This document shows, in pieces, positions 1 through 12,805 of a DNA stretch of 64,000 nt. The stretch lies in the NCBI RefSeq assembly GCF_009914755.1, contig NC_060929.1. One strand, given 5' to 3'. Under the pieces are notes generated by a model that saw only the letters and a program-made list of their open reading frames with translations, was not told the origin of the DNA and did not search any database. A program made the translations under genes and the position numbers. Position 1 is the first letter of the stretch. Each line of letters begins with the position of its first letter. This stretch comes from the human T2T-CHM13v2.0 reference genome, Homo sapiens.

Positions 1-133
1 AACAGCCGGTAAAGTATTTGGCTTTCTAATAGTTCACAATGGAGGACAGGGCAGGGACCCATTAGAAATGACAGGTGATGCTGGTCTTGTGGACAGAGTC
101 TTCAGAAACAGGCAGTCTTCCTCTTGAGAGTGA

Positions 134-430
<297 letters not shown>

Positions 431-891
431 GAGAGTGGATTTTAGACATTGTGACATTGTAACAAATTTTCAGTTATAGATAATTGTCATAGAGAAAGAT
501 TCCACGTGGGGCTCTTTAAGCAACATTTTCTTGAGCATGAGTGGGTTTTGGGAAATGAGTGCTGATTTACCCTTCCCGCTGTCCTCCCTCCCATCTCTCC
601 GTGCATGGCCTTTGTGGCCAATAGGCAGGCAGGCATTAGTGTGTACTCCACGGAAGCATGTGGGTTCTCAGGCCGGGAGCTGGCATTCAGCGACCTGGCC
701 TGAGCACAATGTGGAAATGAAAAGATAAAAACCTGAGATATGTGATGGGGGCTGCAGTTTGGAATAAATGGGTTCAGGCCCTCTGCCCAGTCAGCTGAAT
801 GCTCTGGCAGCTGCTGCATTTAATGGACGACTCCATTAACATCTCCCTTAAGGGAGGGCTGTTGGGGGTGGAGGAAAGAGTGTGTCGGGGG

Positions 892-938
892 GTGTGTGTG
901 TATATGTGTGTGTGTATGTGTTTGTGTATGTGTGTGTA
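892..938. repeat. imperfect (TG)n microsatellite
   Basis: Read directly from sequence. Confidence 0.9.
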
Positions 939-1192
939 GAAACTAAAAAGGCTTGGAGCTTTTCTCCATGATCTCTTGGAGTCTATTCACAGTTATAAAT
1001 CTGTTGTGTTGGCGTTTTTGGTTTCCTGGGGGAGCTTTGTGGTTCCCTTTGTCTGTGTACCATGGCAGGCTTTGGCAGCTGAGGTGGAGCTGGGAAGGAC
1101 AGCAATTTGGATAGGGTAGAAGGGGGGCTCAGACCACCTGCCTTCTCAGCCCCACAGGCTAGGGAAGATGAGAAGGAATACATCTTTTCCCC

Positions 1193-1468
1193 TTTGTTTT
1201 TTGTTTGTTTTGAGACTGCATCTCTGTCACCCAGGATGAAGCACAGTGGCACAATCAAGGCTCACTGCAGCCTCAAACTCCTGAACTCAAGTGATTCTCC
1301 CACCTCAGCCTCCTGAGTAGCTGGAACCACAGGTGCATACCACCATACATGGCTAATTTTTAAACTGTTGTAAAGATGAGGTCTTCCTGTGTTGCCCAGG
1401 CTGGTCTCAAACTCCTGGCCTCAAGCAGTCCTCCCACCTCGGTCTCCCCGAGATTACAGGAGTCAGCC
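1193..1468 (-). mobile_element. Alu SINE, J-like
   Basis: Antisense Alu flanked by tttcccc..ttg direct repeats. Confidence 0.93.
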
Positions 1469-2295
1469 CTTTCCCCCTTGTAATGAAGAAATTGTCAGTT
1501 CTGGAATTCAGAAGATAAAAACATGAAGGACTCTGGGGTGCCCTCAGAGCGATTCTGTGATGATGCTGGCAGATGAGGAGAGGGGAGGGAGGGAAGAGGC
1601 GGGCCCCAGGATCCAGAAGCGGTGTCATGAGTGACAAGATACTGGCCATTGCAGGAGAAGATGAGAGCCAGGTCTAAAGGGGGAACATGGGAAGCACAGA
1701 CTCATCTGCCTGGTGTGCTTAGATTCAGGCCCTCTCTGGATGGACAGGAGGAGGAGGTGCCTCTTCCCATGGCTAATGAATGAGACTCAAAACCTGCCAG
1801 ATAATCACGGTGCCTGAGTCTTCCTGAGTCCCTCAAACACAGAGAACACAAAGGGTAGTAACAGGAAACCAGGTTTCCACTGAGGGATTTTCAGTCCTAG
1901 ATCTTCCCACTCTAGCCTTTTAGCTGCTGTCAGACCACATTAGGGCAGAATCTTGAACCCAACCACATGACAGCTGCTGGGAATTTCCCCCAGAGGAGAG
2001 TGTTGTGACACGAGCAGGCAGAGCAGCTCTGATCCAAGACTTTGCTCCTGGCATCCCTGAATACCCTGACTAGCTTACCTCTTCTTAAAAGTCACTTCCA
2101 GAGGCAAAGCTAGGTACTTGGGGGTGGTGTCTACCCACAAAACACACAGAACTGTATATGACTTGCCCAGAGACAAGTTCTTAGATAAAGGCTGTGATTT
2201 GCAGCCATAGTGGCCTGACCCTGAGTCCTGGGTTGGCAGGGAGGCCAGGGTGGAGGGTACAGTGGACATGACCCTGGCTTAGAAGTGAAAAGTGT

Positions 2296-2445
2296 GGGGT
2301 TCAGGCCCTGATTCTACCGTGTGTAGCTGTGTGACCTTGAGATATTACTAAGTTCTATAAGTTTTAGTTACTCATCTCTAAAATGGAAATAATACTTTCC
2401 TCAGAGTGTTATCAAAAAGCGTATAAAATCACTTTGCAAAATGCT
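2296..2445 (+). mobile_element. MIR SINE fragment
   Basis: MIR core: agctgtgtgaccttg...ctcatctctaaaatggaaataata. Confidence 0.75.
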
Positions 2446-3024
2446 GTATTGATGGAAGGAATGATTTCCTTTATTCATTCTGTCTTCCAGATCCAAAGGC
2501 TGTTCTTGGGAATGTGTGACAGCTATTGGGTTCAAGGGAAGCATCTGGAAAGGTGTGTGTGTAGTGAGGGAAAGAAGAGAGGAAGGGGGAGTAAAAGATA
2601 GGGGAAGTGGTGTTCCCTGTAGTCATGAGGACATGACATGAGCTTCTCATTCACACAGTAAGAGTCAATAAGCACCTGGTGGAAGCCACTGGCTCGAAAC
2701 ATCCACGGGCCTGATGCTACTCCGATATAGGGAGGGTAAGCAGGGGCAGCCAGAAAATGGGGTTGTGAGCATGGGGAGAGAGTGAGGGGCAGACTCGTGA
2801 TGAGGTGCTGGCTGTGACTCTTCAGGCCTCGATCTCAGATTCTGGCTCCTCTTTTTACGCATCTTGTCCGCCTTCATTCCCACTGCCAACCATTTGGCCC
2901 TGCGTTCTACTCCTAATTCTCCAGAGAGAATTTGACGCCCTCCCCTCACCAGGTTGCCCTGGTTCAGAGCTTGAACTCTCATTATAGGGTACATGGTTTG
3001 CATAGGATATAAACAGTAGCTCAA

Positions 3025-3225
3025 ATTTTTGAGGGACTCCTATGCGCCAGGTACAGTGCTAGGTACATATCTCACTAATATAACCCTCCAAACAACCCTA
3101 CTGCAGTAGCTTCTAATATTTTCCCTATTGTGTAGATAAGCAAACTGAGAGGCTAGATAACCATCAAGTGGTAGAGCTAGGATTTGAATCCAGGCCCACT
3201 GGCTTCAGAGCCAGAGCTTGTAAGC
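3025..3225 (-). mobile_element. MIR SINE
   Basis: gataagcaaactgaga...ggtagagctaggatttgaatccagg. Confidence 0.75.
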
Positions 3226-3421
3226 AGCTTCCTTACTGCTTCCGAGGTAGGACTGTGAGTGAAGCTGTACCTCTAAGCAAGTGAGTGCTCTCTTAGGAGC
3301 TGTGAATGGGTATGGTATGAAAAGGGCTCTGTTGCCATTTCAGGTTGATAAACACTGAGGGAAGGGGTACATGGCTCCTTGACATGTTCCAGTAGAGAAA
3401 CTTTCTCCCTTTGTTGACTCT

Positions 3422-3531
3422 GGAGTTTCTTTCCCAACATTATCTAAGCAGAGAACTCATTTTTATTTTTTGCAACATGCCTACTAATCTACAATGGACT
3501 ACAGGACTGCTGGTTTGGGAAATGCTCTCCT
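3422..3531 (+). repeat. 110-bp direct repeat, copy 1 (decayed hAT-MITE-like ends)
   Basis: 4 mismatches to 4058-4167 by manual alignment. Confidence 0.95.
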
Positions 3532-4057
3532 AGACTTACCCTCCACCCCACACCACTCAGCACCAGGGCAGCTAGGACTTCTGCAGAGCACCAAGTGTTT
3601 GGTGGCCAGTCAGCTCAGATGGCAACCACAGGCTGGTAATTAACCAGGGTCAGGCAGCAGCTGCCGTCCCCGGGCTGATGAAGAAGCCATCCAATAGAGT
3701 TGGGTGGTTTATTTCTTGCTTTCATTTCCCTCTGTCACTGCTCTTGTCTAGACCCTTTACAGATCAAGTCTGCACTGTCACAACAGTTTCCTGACAAGTG
3801 TCCCTGCCAGCTGGTTCTTCCCTCCAGTCCACCCTACACACCTGGCCAGATCTGTCTTCCTAACATGAGGCTTGGAGCTTGCCACTCTCCTGTCCCAAAT
3901 GCATCAATTCAGCTTTCAGGACTGTCTTGGTTCCTTTTTCCCCCTGCACACCCTATACTGTGGATGCAGCTGAATCATTTCAGGCCCCTCTGTGCTCTGC
4001 ACATTCTGCTTCCTCTGGCCAGTGCTTGAAGAGCTCCTTCCTGCCTCAGGAAGGGAG

Positions 4058-4167
4058 GGAGTTTCTTTCCCAACATTATCTAAGCAAAGAACTCCTTTTT
4101 ATTTTTTGCAACATTCCCACTAATCTACAATGGACTACAGGACTGCTGGTTTGGGAAATGCTCTCCT
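4058..4167 (+). repeat. 110-bp direct repeat, copy 2
   Basis: 4 mismatches to 3422-3531 by manual alignment. Confidence 0.95.
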
Positions 4168-4185
4168 GTCACAGTCCTGTGTTCT

Positions 4186-4430
4186 CACTCAGTCACTTAC
4201 CTATTCAATAAGCATTTATTTTGTGCCTATGTGCCAGGTCCTGGGCTAGAATAATACACACTCCTTAACCTAAAGAAACTAATAAAAACAGATACATCTA
4301 CAATGGAGTGATGTGTATTATGATAGAGTGATACTCAGGGTTTCGCAGGCAGGGACACTATCTCTGCCTAGGTCACAAAAGGCAAGTCAGGGCAGGCTTC
4401 CTGGAGAAGGGGATGTTGAAGCTTAAAGGA
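4186..4430 (-). mobile_element. L2 LINE 3' fragment
   Basis: attcaataagcatttatt...tgcctatgtgccagg is the antisense L2 3' end. Confidence 0.65.
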
Positions 4431-5419
4431 CGAAATGGTGTTAGGCATTTGAAGGCATATGGTATGCCAGGAACTGGCCAAAGATGTGTTGGGTACCTGG
4501 ATCTTTGCAATAGGCTAAGCAGGCAGGTTCTCCCCAACCTCTCTGTCCTCAGGGAGAATCTCAGGCTAATTCTGCTGACCTGCAGAAGCCAGGTGAGGGG
4601 ACAACACTTGTTGTCATCAGGAGGTGGGGTCTAGGGGCTGAAAGGTGGAAAGGGGGACAATGCCTCACATGCTCCCTGCATCCTGTGGTTCAGGGACCAA
4701 TCCTCCTCCTCCCCAACTCCCAAGTCTCCTCTAAGAGATACAGACATTCAAGCAGTTTGGTTGCCAGGGGCAACCCTAGAAGGCAGCTTTATTCCAAAGG
4801 CAGGCACTGAAGCCCCTACCCGGGGGCCTCATAGCCTGGCTCTGATAGACAAGGGGTAGGTGGTTCAATTCGGCCAGTCCCCTTTGGGAGGTGACAGGAC
4901 AGAGTCTGAGTAGCGCATGTGGAAGATAACCCTTCCAGCCACTCAGCAGGGCCCTGAGAAAAGAAAGGTGACCCACAAAACAGTAGATGGCATTTTAATC
5001 CACACGAATACTTAATATGAGTAACATAACCTTGTTTTTTCTGAGACGCAGCCTAATTTATTTCAGGCCTCAGGCTTAGTAACTAACCGCTGACAACCTG
5101 CAGGTCTGGTGCATGTGTGTGTAGGTCTGCAGTGTTAATGAGATTGTAGAGGTGGTGAATTTCTCTTGTTCACAATTTTCCTGCTCTGTTGAGGCTGTCC
5201 ACCAGTAAGTTGCTCCTTTTCCTGAGCTAGGACTTGTGATCTGGGAATATGAAGACTACCTAGAAGGCAGAGGGTACAGGCTCCTCTTGAGAGAGCATGC
5301 CTGGTGCAAATGACAGGCAGTTGGGTTTACCAACGCTCCCTGCTTCTTTCTCTCATTCCTGTTATTCTGCCTGCTTACATTGCCCTCTGCTCTCCCCACA
5401 ATGAGAGAAGCTTGTGCTA

Positions 5420-5595
5420 TGTGGAGTCAGAACACCTGGGTTTGTTTCTGCTCTGTGACTTGGATGATGTATTTAATCATCTTGAGCCTCAGTGTTTTTA
5501 CCTGTGAAATGGAAACAGTAGCACCTGCCATACCCAATCACAGGGTTATTGCAAATATCAAATGAGATAATTGATGAGAAAGTGTTTTGTAAACC
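5420..5595 (+). mobile_element. MIR SINE
   Basis: ggagtcagaacacctgggttt...gagcctcagt...aaatgagataa. Confidence 0.75.
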
Positions 5596-5631
5596 AAGTA
5601 ATGAGGAGGAGGAGGAGGAGAAAGTTGTTGA

Positions 5632-6296
<665 letters not shown>

Positions 6297-6569
6297 TATA
6301 CAGCCTTTAAGAGCAGAATCTTCCTGCTTTCTAATTTCTTCCAGTTTATGTCAAATCACTGTCCTCTGGCCCAGCGTGTCCCAAACACATGAGCCTCCTT
6401 TATCATTTCAGGGCCTGCCATGGCAGGTCTAGTTTAGGGCCTTTGCACTAGTTGTTCCCACAGCCTGGAAGCTGCTGCTCTGAGATCTTTGCCTGGCTGG
6501 CAACTTCTTATTCAAATTTTATCCTAAATCACAAATCTTTCCCGATCTCCCAATTTAAAATAGCTTCCT

Positions 6570-6800
6570 TGGGGGCAAAAACATAGACTGTACACATGTA
6601 CTTGCTTTTGTATGAATACATTTCTCTGCAAGGATGCACAAGAAATTAACATTTTGTTGCTTATGGGGAAGGAAAGTGGATAGCTAGGAAACAGGGCAGG
6701 AAAAGAGACTTATCTGCATATCTTTTTTCTATTTTTAAAAAATGTAGATTCATTAAATATATTATCTATTCAAAAATTAATTAAAAAATAAATAAAAAGA
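6570..6800 (+). mobile_element. old L1 (L1ME-like) 3' end inserted in an L2 remnant (~6400-6565, resuming ~7310-7450)
   Basis: ggatgcacaagaaattaaca...ttatggggaagg followed by A-rich tail; L2 3' motifs on both sides. Confidence 0.6.
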
Positions 6801-6885
6801 GAAAATAAAGTAGGCCCCTGCTGAGCATCCAACCTTCCTTTCTTCCTTCCTTCCTTTTTTTTCTATCTCTATTTCTCTCTCTCTT

Positions 6886-7157
6886 TCTTTTTTAGAGACA
6901 GGGTCTTACCCTTTTGCCCAGGTTGGAGTGCAGTGGTGCGATCACAGTTCACTGTAACTTCATGATCCTCTGGCCTCAGCCTTCCAAGTAGCTAGGACCA
7001 CAGCTGTGTGCCCACCAGGTTTGCCTGGGTATTTTAAAAAATATTTATTTTGCAGGAATAGGGGATCTCGCTATGTTACCCAGGATGGTCTCAAACTCCT
7101 GGCCTCAAGTAATCCTCCCAAAATGCTGTGATTACAGGAATGAACCACTGTGCCAGC
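6886..7157 (-). mobile_element. Alu SINE, J-like
   Basis: Diverged antisense Alu; followed by a MER58-like end at ~7185-7243. Confidence 0.88.
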
Positions 7158-7726
7158 CTCTTTATTTACTTTATAAATTTTGTTTACAAAACAGGTGGTA
7201 GGCAGATTCGGCCCATGACTATAGCTTGCTGATCTGATCCCTGCTCTATCATATCTTATTTGATATATATCCTGGCATTAATTATTGGTTTCCTCATTTC
7301 TTATCTGCCTCTCCCCACCCCCACATACTAGAATGCAAGCCCCATGAGAGTAGGGTGCCTCTCTGTCTCGTTACCACCATATGCCTACACCTGGAACCAT
7401 TTCTGGCTCATAAAGACTCAATAAATAATTGTCAAATGAATATTTGAATGTATTATGTTTGTCTGGGCTGAAGAGAAGAGCAACTCTATTTGAAGGGAGA
7501 TCAGATGAGATAAACTTCTGATGGCAGCCCCTCTGGGAAGAATAATTTCCAGTTTGATCATCCTCAAGACAGCCCAACCTGTAGTTCTTGCCTCAAGGAG
7601 GAGCTGCTCATGCCGACCTCCTGACAGCAGATATGAAACTGAGTAGTACCTGTCCTCCTAGGACACGTTCTAGAAGAGAGGAGAACCGATGGATTAATCA
7701 CTTTTCAATTTAAGAAGAAAAAGTAC

Positions 7727-7729
<3 letters not shown>

Positions 7730-7765
<36 letters not shown>

Positions 7766-7776
7766 ACACACACACC
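7730..7776. repeat. (CA)n microsatellite
   Basis: Read directly from sequence. Confidence 0.97.
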
Positions 7777-8477
7777 CAGGAGAGACCTCAGAGCCCAGGG
7801 AAGCTGCTCAGTTGGCAAGTTGGGCTTTGCAGACTAATAGTTGCCTTGCCTGAGGGTATGGAGGAACCGGAATTCTGACTACCAGAATGACATGGGGAAC
7901 AGCCAGGACCTGGAGAGGCGGAGGAGGTGGGGGAAAGTGGGAGAACGGAGTTTGGCACATTCCAATTTAGGCAGCACGTTGCCCTGAACAAACAGCCTGA
8001 ATCACCACGTGCTTATTAATTTAAAAACTGTTTCTGAATCAACACATTCTTTGCCTGTCCAGGGCTGGGCTTTTTGCAGCCATGTAGCACACTGGCCAAG
8101 AAAGTGTGGGGTCCTGAAGGAGAAATGGCACTAGAGGAATCACCCGAGCCACTGGGCACTGCCTCCCAAGGCTTGCAAGACAGCGCAGAGGGTTCCCAGG
8201 CTGCGCTACTTTTGTTCCCTTGGAAGAAAGTCAGTAGGCAGATGCCTCTTCTACCTCCCCCAACACTCTCTTCAACACCACACTCCCTCTCCAGCTCACT
8301 CAGAGGAAGCTGGGAAGGTTCCAGTGGCGCGCTCCTGAGAAGCAGTGGGAAGGGCCAAGGTTACGAGTTACCCAGGCATGGGGGCGAACCCTGGCTCCCT
8401 CACTTGCTAGTTGTGTATTCTCTCTGTCTCTCTCTCTCCGTCTCTCTCTCTTTCTCTCTCTCTCTCGGAGAGACAGA

Positions 8478-8604
8478 AATGAGGTCTCGCTATATTACCC
8501 AGGCTGAAGACTGGACTCCAACTCCTGACCTGGGCTCAAGTGATCCTCCTGCCTCAGTCTCCCAAGTAGCTGGGACTCCGGGCACACGCCACCGCGCGCT
8601 TGGC
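8478..8604 (-). mobile_element. Alu monomer (FLAM/FAM-like) with (TC)n-converted tail, inside a MIR
   Basis: gaggtctcgctatattacccaggctg...gtgatcctcctgcctcagtctcccaagtagctggg; (TC)n at ~8419-8466. Confidence 0.8.
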
Positions 8605-8699
8605 TGTAATCTTGATCAAATCATGTAAAATTCCTGAACCACAAGTTTTTTTTTTTCTACAGTAACACCCTGTGGAGTTATGAAAATTAAAATAAAATA

Positions 8700-9429
8700 A
8701 TGTGCTTAAAGCACAGGGACCAGAGAAGCAGCCGGATAAAGAGAAGGTCTTGGGGAGGGAGGAGGGCAGGGTATTGGCCCTCCAGTGGCCAGCAAGGAAA
8801 ATGATGCGGCCCATCTTTGGGTACTTGCAGCTGAGCCCACAGAGTCACATGTTTTATCCCCGCACAGTAGGGAATGTCCTTTGACTTTTCTGACCCAGGA
8901 TCTAGCTTGGCAACGCCGGGTCCTCCGGTACTCAGGACCGTCACTTGGCTCTCACTGGCTGGTTCTCTTGGAGTTTTGAGAGAGCTCTGAGAGGTCCTTG
9001 AATCCTTTCTCCTTCCCTCTTGTAGTGATATCTCTCTCTCAGACAAACCCAGGGACTGCTGGCCATCAGCTGAACCCGAGGGGAGCGAGGCCACAGCCCA
9101 TGAGATGTACCCCACACTTCCTCTGCCCCGCCCCCCAAGCAGGACTGTGTCTGTGTTTTTCAGGGTGTGCTGCTGGAGCCCTGGGAGGAGGGGGTTGGGC
9201 AGTCGCTGGCGCTGCCGCTGGTGGTCCCTGTGCTTGAAGTGCCGGTGGTATCGGAGTCCATGCACCCAAGGCCCAGCACCCAGCAACATTCTCTGGCCCA
9301 GCAGAGGGGTGAGAGATCAAAGGAGGGGGCGTGGGGCATGGATTGCTTCTGGGCAGACCCATGCCAATGTGACATGGGGTTTCCTGCCTGAGTGTTACTG
9401 TGTGGCTGTGCCTGCCACGCTCATCTGGG

Positions 9430-9462
<33 letters not shown>

Positions 9463-10130
9463 TGTGTGTATGGGTGGGTGTTGGGGGGTGTACAGACGCT
9501 CTGGGTATGTAGGGGGGTCAGCACTAGGGGGGCTTCTAGGATTTGTCTGTGGTCTCATCTCCGCCCTCCCTGCTCCTGGAGGGGGAGCTGTAACTCAGCC
9601 AGGAGGCCACCTAGCTGATTCCCCTCCCCCAACCCACCAGCCGCTCGCTCTGTCACAACAAGGAGCTTTGGCAGAAAGGGAGGGGAGCGTGGGTGCTGCG
9701 GAGAGAAAAACACCCCAAAGTTTCAGAAAAAATGGCAGGAGAGATGCCAGCACCCAGGAGCAGGAGCCTTCTGCTTCTCACAGCCTGCACTGCTGGGCTG
9801 GGGGGAGACCACGGTTTCCTTTCCTTCCTTTCTCCCTTCCTTCCCTCCCCGCCCCTTGCTGCGTGATATTCAGGAAAAGGAAACATTACAGTGAGGGGAG
9901 AAAGGGAACAAAGAGATGCTTTTCAGAGGGGTCATGGGATCTTTCCGTAGCCACCAGAAGACACAGTTCTGGGCTCTGCTTGCTCTGGGCTAAGTGGGTG
10001 TGTATGTGTATGTGTGTGTAGAAGAGAACAAAAAAGAGAGAGAATGTGTGTGTTAGTGTGTTAGTTTATGCATGCCTGTGAGTAAATGTGTGTCTGAGTG
10101 TGGATGTGAATTGGGCGTGCATGTGTGTGT
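8700..10130. promoter_or_regulatory. candidate promoter / first-exon region
   Basis: No transposon recognised, GC-rich, locally more CpGs, GC boxes (ccccgcccccc ~9126, cccgcccc ~9848), (TG)n at 9430-9470 and ~10000-10130. Confidence 0.45.
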
Positions 10131-10504
10131 TGGGAAACAGTAAAGATAAAAGCAGACAGAACAAAAAGAATCATATACAAGATTGGTTAGACAGCTGCCC
10201 TTAGATAGTCTACACATGAATACTTGAAAAATGTTTGTGCAATAGGTTGGCCATTACCCAATATTGCGCGGCATTAGAATAAACATGTATACAATGAAAA
10301 ACCTCCAGATTGACACTTCTTCCTCATGCTTTTGAAATCAGGGTATTTCATTTGGGCAATGACTCCTTTTCTGCAGGGTAAAAACTTCATTTACTCGCAG
10401 GTAGCTGGAACACCATTAAATATTCTTAAGAAGTTAGTTAATATTACATGAAGCTTCACGGAGAAAATATAAATATCTATTTATAATGATATATTCACTG
10501 TGAA

Positions 10505-11285
10505 TTGACTTCTTTATTGTAGTTGGAACACGTAGCATGAGATCTACGGTCTTAACAAAAATTTAAATACACAATGCAGTAATATTAACTATATTAACTA
10601 TAGGTGCTATGGTGAACAGAGGTCTAGAACTTATTCATCTTGCATAACTGAAGTTTTATACCTGTTGAACAGCAACTCCCTATTTCCCCCATCCCTCAGC
10701 ACTTGACAAGCACCATTCTCGTTTCTGTTTCTATGAGTCTATTTCAGATAATTGGTGTAAGGAGAACAGTGCAGTTTGTGCTTCTGTGACTGTCTTATTT
10801 CACCTAGTATAATGTACCCCAAATTCATCCATGTTGTCATATATGACAGAATTTTCTTCTTTTTAAGGCCAAATAATATTTTATTGTATGTATATGCCAT
10901 GTTTGCTGTATTTGCTTATCTATTGATGGGCATTAGTTTCCATATCATGTGTATTGTAAATAATGCAATAATCAGGAAAATGCAGACATCTCTTGGAGAT
11001 CTTGATTTCAATTGTTTTGGATAAAAATACAGAAGTGGGATTGTTGGATTATATGACAGACATTTTTCCAAAGAAGACATACACATTGCCAAAAGGTACA
11101 TGAGAAGATGCTTAACAACACTAACTGTTAGAGAAATGCAAATCAAAACCATAGTGAGATGTCATCTCGTCTATTAGGATGGCTACTATAAAGGGAAACA
11201 AAAGGTAAGAGTTGGCAAATTCATTGGGAAGTAAAATGATTCAGCTGCTGTGGAAAATTGTACGAAGCTTACTCAAAAATTATGA
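10505..11285 (-). mobile_element. L1MA-like LINE 3' end with 5' inversion (antisense ~10505-11055, sense ~11056-11285)
   Basis: Antisense L1 3'UTR/ORF2 end, then sense ORF2 segment acagacatttttccaaagaagacatac...aaatgcaaatcaaaacc. Confidence 0.85.
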
Positions 11286-11311
11286 ATTTTTTTCCCCCAG
11301 AATGCTTAGCT

Positions 11312-11678
11312 CTTTTTGTAACTTTTATTTTAAGTTCAGGGGTACATGTGCAGGTTTGTTATATAGGTAAATCTAAGTCATGGGTCTTTGTGGTACAGAT
11401 TATTTGATCACCCAGGTATTAAGCCTAGTACCCATTAGTTATTTTTCCTGATCCTCTCCCTCTCACACTCCACCATCCAGTAATCTCCAGTGTTCATTTT
11501 TTCCCTTTTTGTGTCCATGTGTTCTCATCATTTAGCTCCCGCTTATAAGAGGACATGTAGTGTTTGCTTTTCTGTTCCTGTGTTAGTTTGCTAAGAATTA
11601 TGGTCTCCGGCTCCTCCTGCAAAGGACATGATCTCCTTCTTTTTTTATGCCTGCATAGTATTTCATGGTGTATATGAA
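11312..11678 (-). mobile_element. L1PA-like (older primate) LINE 3' fragment
   Basis: ttttaagttcaggggtacatgtgcaggtttgttatataggtaa; ORF 11494..11736 resembles ORF2 C-terminus (ETIILSKLTQEQKSKH). Confidence 0.9.
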
Positions 11679-12259
11679 TTAACTTTCGAGTGGAGAAAAG
11701 AACTGGTAGATTTGTGAGATTAACAAATATTTCCATAGATTCAAGTTCATTTTCCCAGGGTTTTCTGAGCTTAATAACCTCAAAAGTACCTGAAATATAG
11801 TTTTTCTTCCTTTCACAGAGCTATTTATGTTATATATGAACTACAACTTAGAGTATTTAAAACTCAATAAATAGTGAAATTAAAAAAAAACAAAAAAACC
11901 TCATTTACTCAAAGCTCAGAATACAGTTTTGTGAGCATTTCACCAAAGTAAGGGCTAGAGTTTCTCTTAGCATTATTTGCTTACAAAATATTTGAGTTTG
12001 TAAACAAGATCCCAAGGGAAATATTTATCCCACTCAAGAAAACAAGTTACTTTTACCTCTTTGAAGTATCTATTTGCATTCCAACAATATGGTACTTATA
12101 AATCACTCCTTTCTAGCAACTTATTAAAGCAACTCTTAGAGGCAATACTTTTAAAAAATAGCAAGGCTGTATTTTTTTAAAAAAATTTAAAGGCCTGCAA
12201 TGACTTTTAACAGCTTATCTGACTTAGTGATGTCTATTTGCTTATGATTATAATAACTT

Positions 12260-12468
12260 CTTACATTTAATGAATGCTCTTCATGCACCAGACACTGCAT
12301 TAAATGCTTTACATACATGCTCTTATTTGGTCCTCCCAGCCAAGGAAGTACTGTTATTTTACAACTAAGGGGTAGAGAAGTAACTTAACCAGTGTCAGGT
12401 AGGTAATACATGTCAGGGCAGTACTTAAATCTGAGTTTTGAGTCCAAAGCCCCATGCCTTACCCTACA
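12260..12468 (-). mobile_element. MIR SINE
   Basis: tgcaccagacactgcattaaatgctttacata...aagtaacttaacc. Confidence 0.7.
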
Positions 12469-12494
12469 TGCTCAGTTGCATTTCTTTATATTTC

Positions 12495-12805
12495 TTTCTT
12501 TTCTTTTTTCTTTTTTTTTTTTTTAGTCAGAGTCTCACTCTGTCATCCAGGCTGGAGTGCAGTGGCACGATCTCAGGTCACTGCAACCTCTGCTTTCTGA
12601 ATTCAAGCAATTCTCAAGCCTCAGCCTCCGTGTAGCTGAGATTACAGGTGTGCACCACCATGCCCAGCTAATTTTTTTGTATTTTTAGTAGAGCCCCGGT
12701 TTCACCATGTTGACCAGGCTGTCTCGAACTCCTCACCTCAAGTGATCCACCCACCTTGGCCTCCCAAAGTGTTGGGATTACAGGCATGAGCCACCGCGCC
12801 TGGCC
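12495..12805 (-). mobile_element. AluS-like element
   Basis: Perfect 16-bp TSD catttctttatatttc at 12479-12494 and 12806-12821. Confidence 0.97.

Noticed and set aside
9392-10021. 209-aa plus-strand ORF
   Set aside because: Non-ATG start, runs through a (TG)n repeat, low complexity
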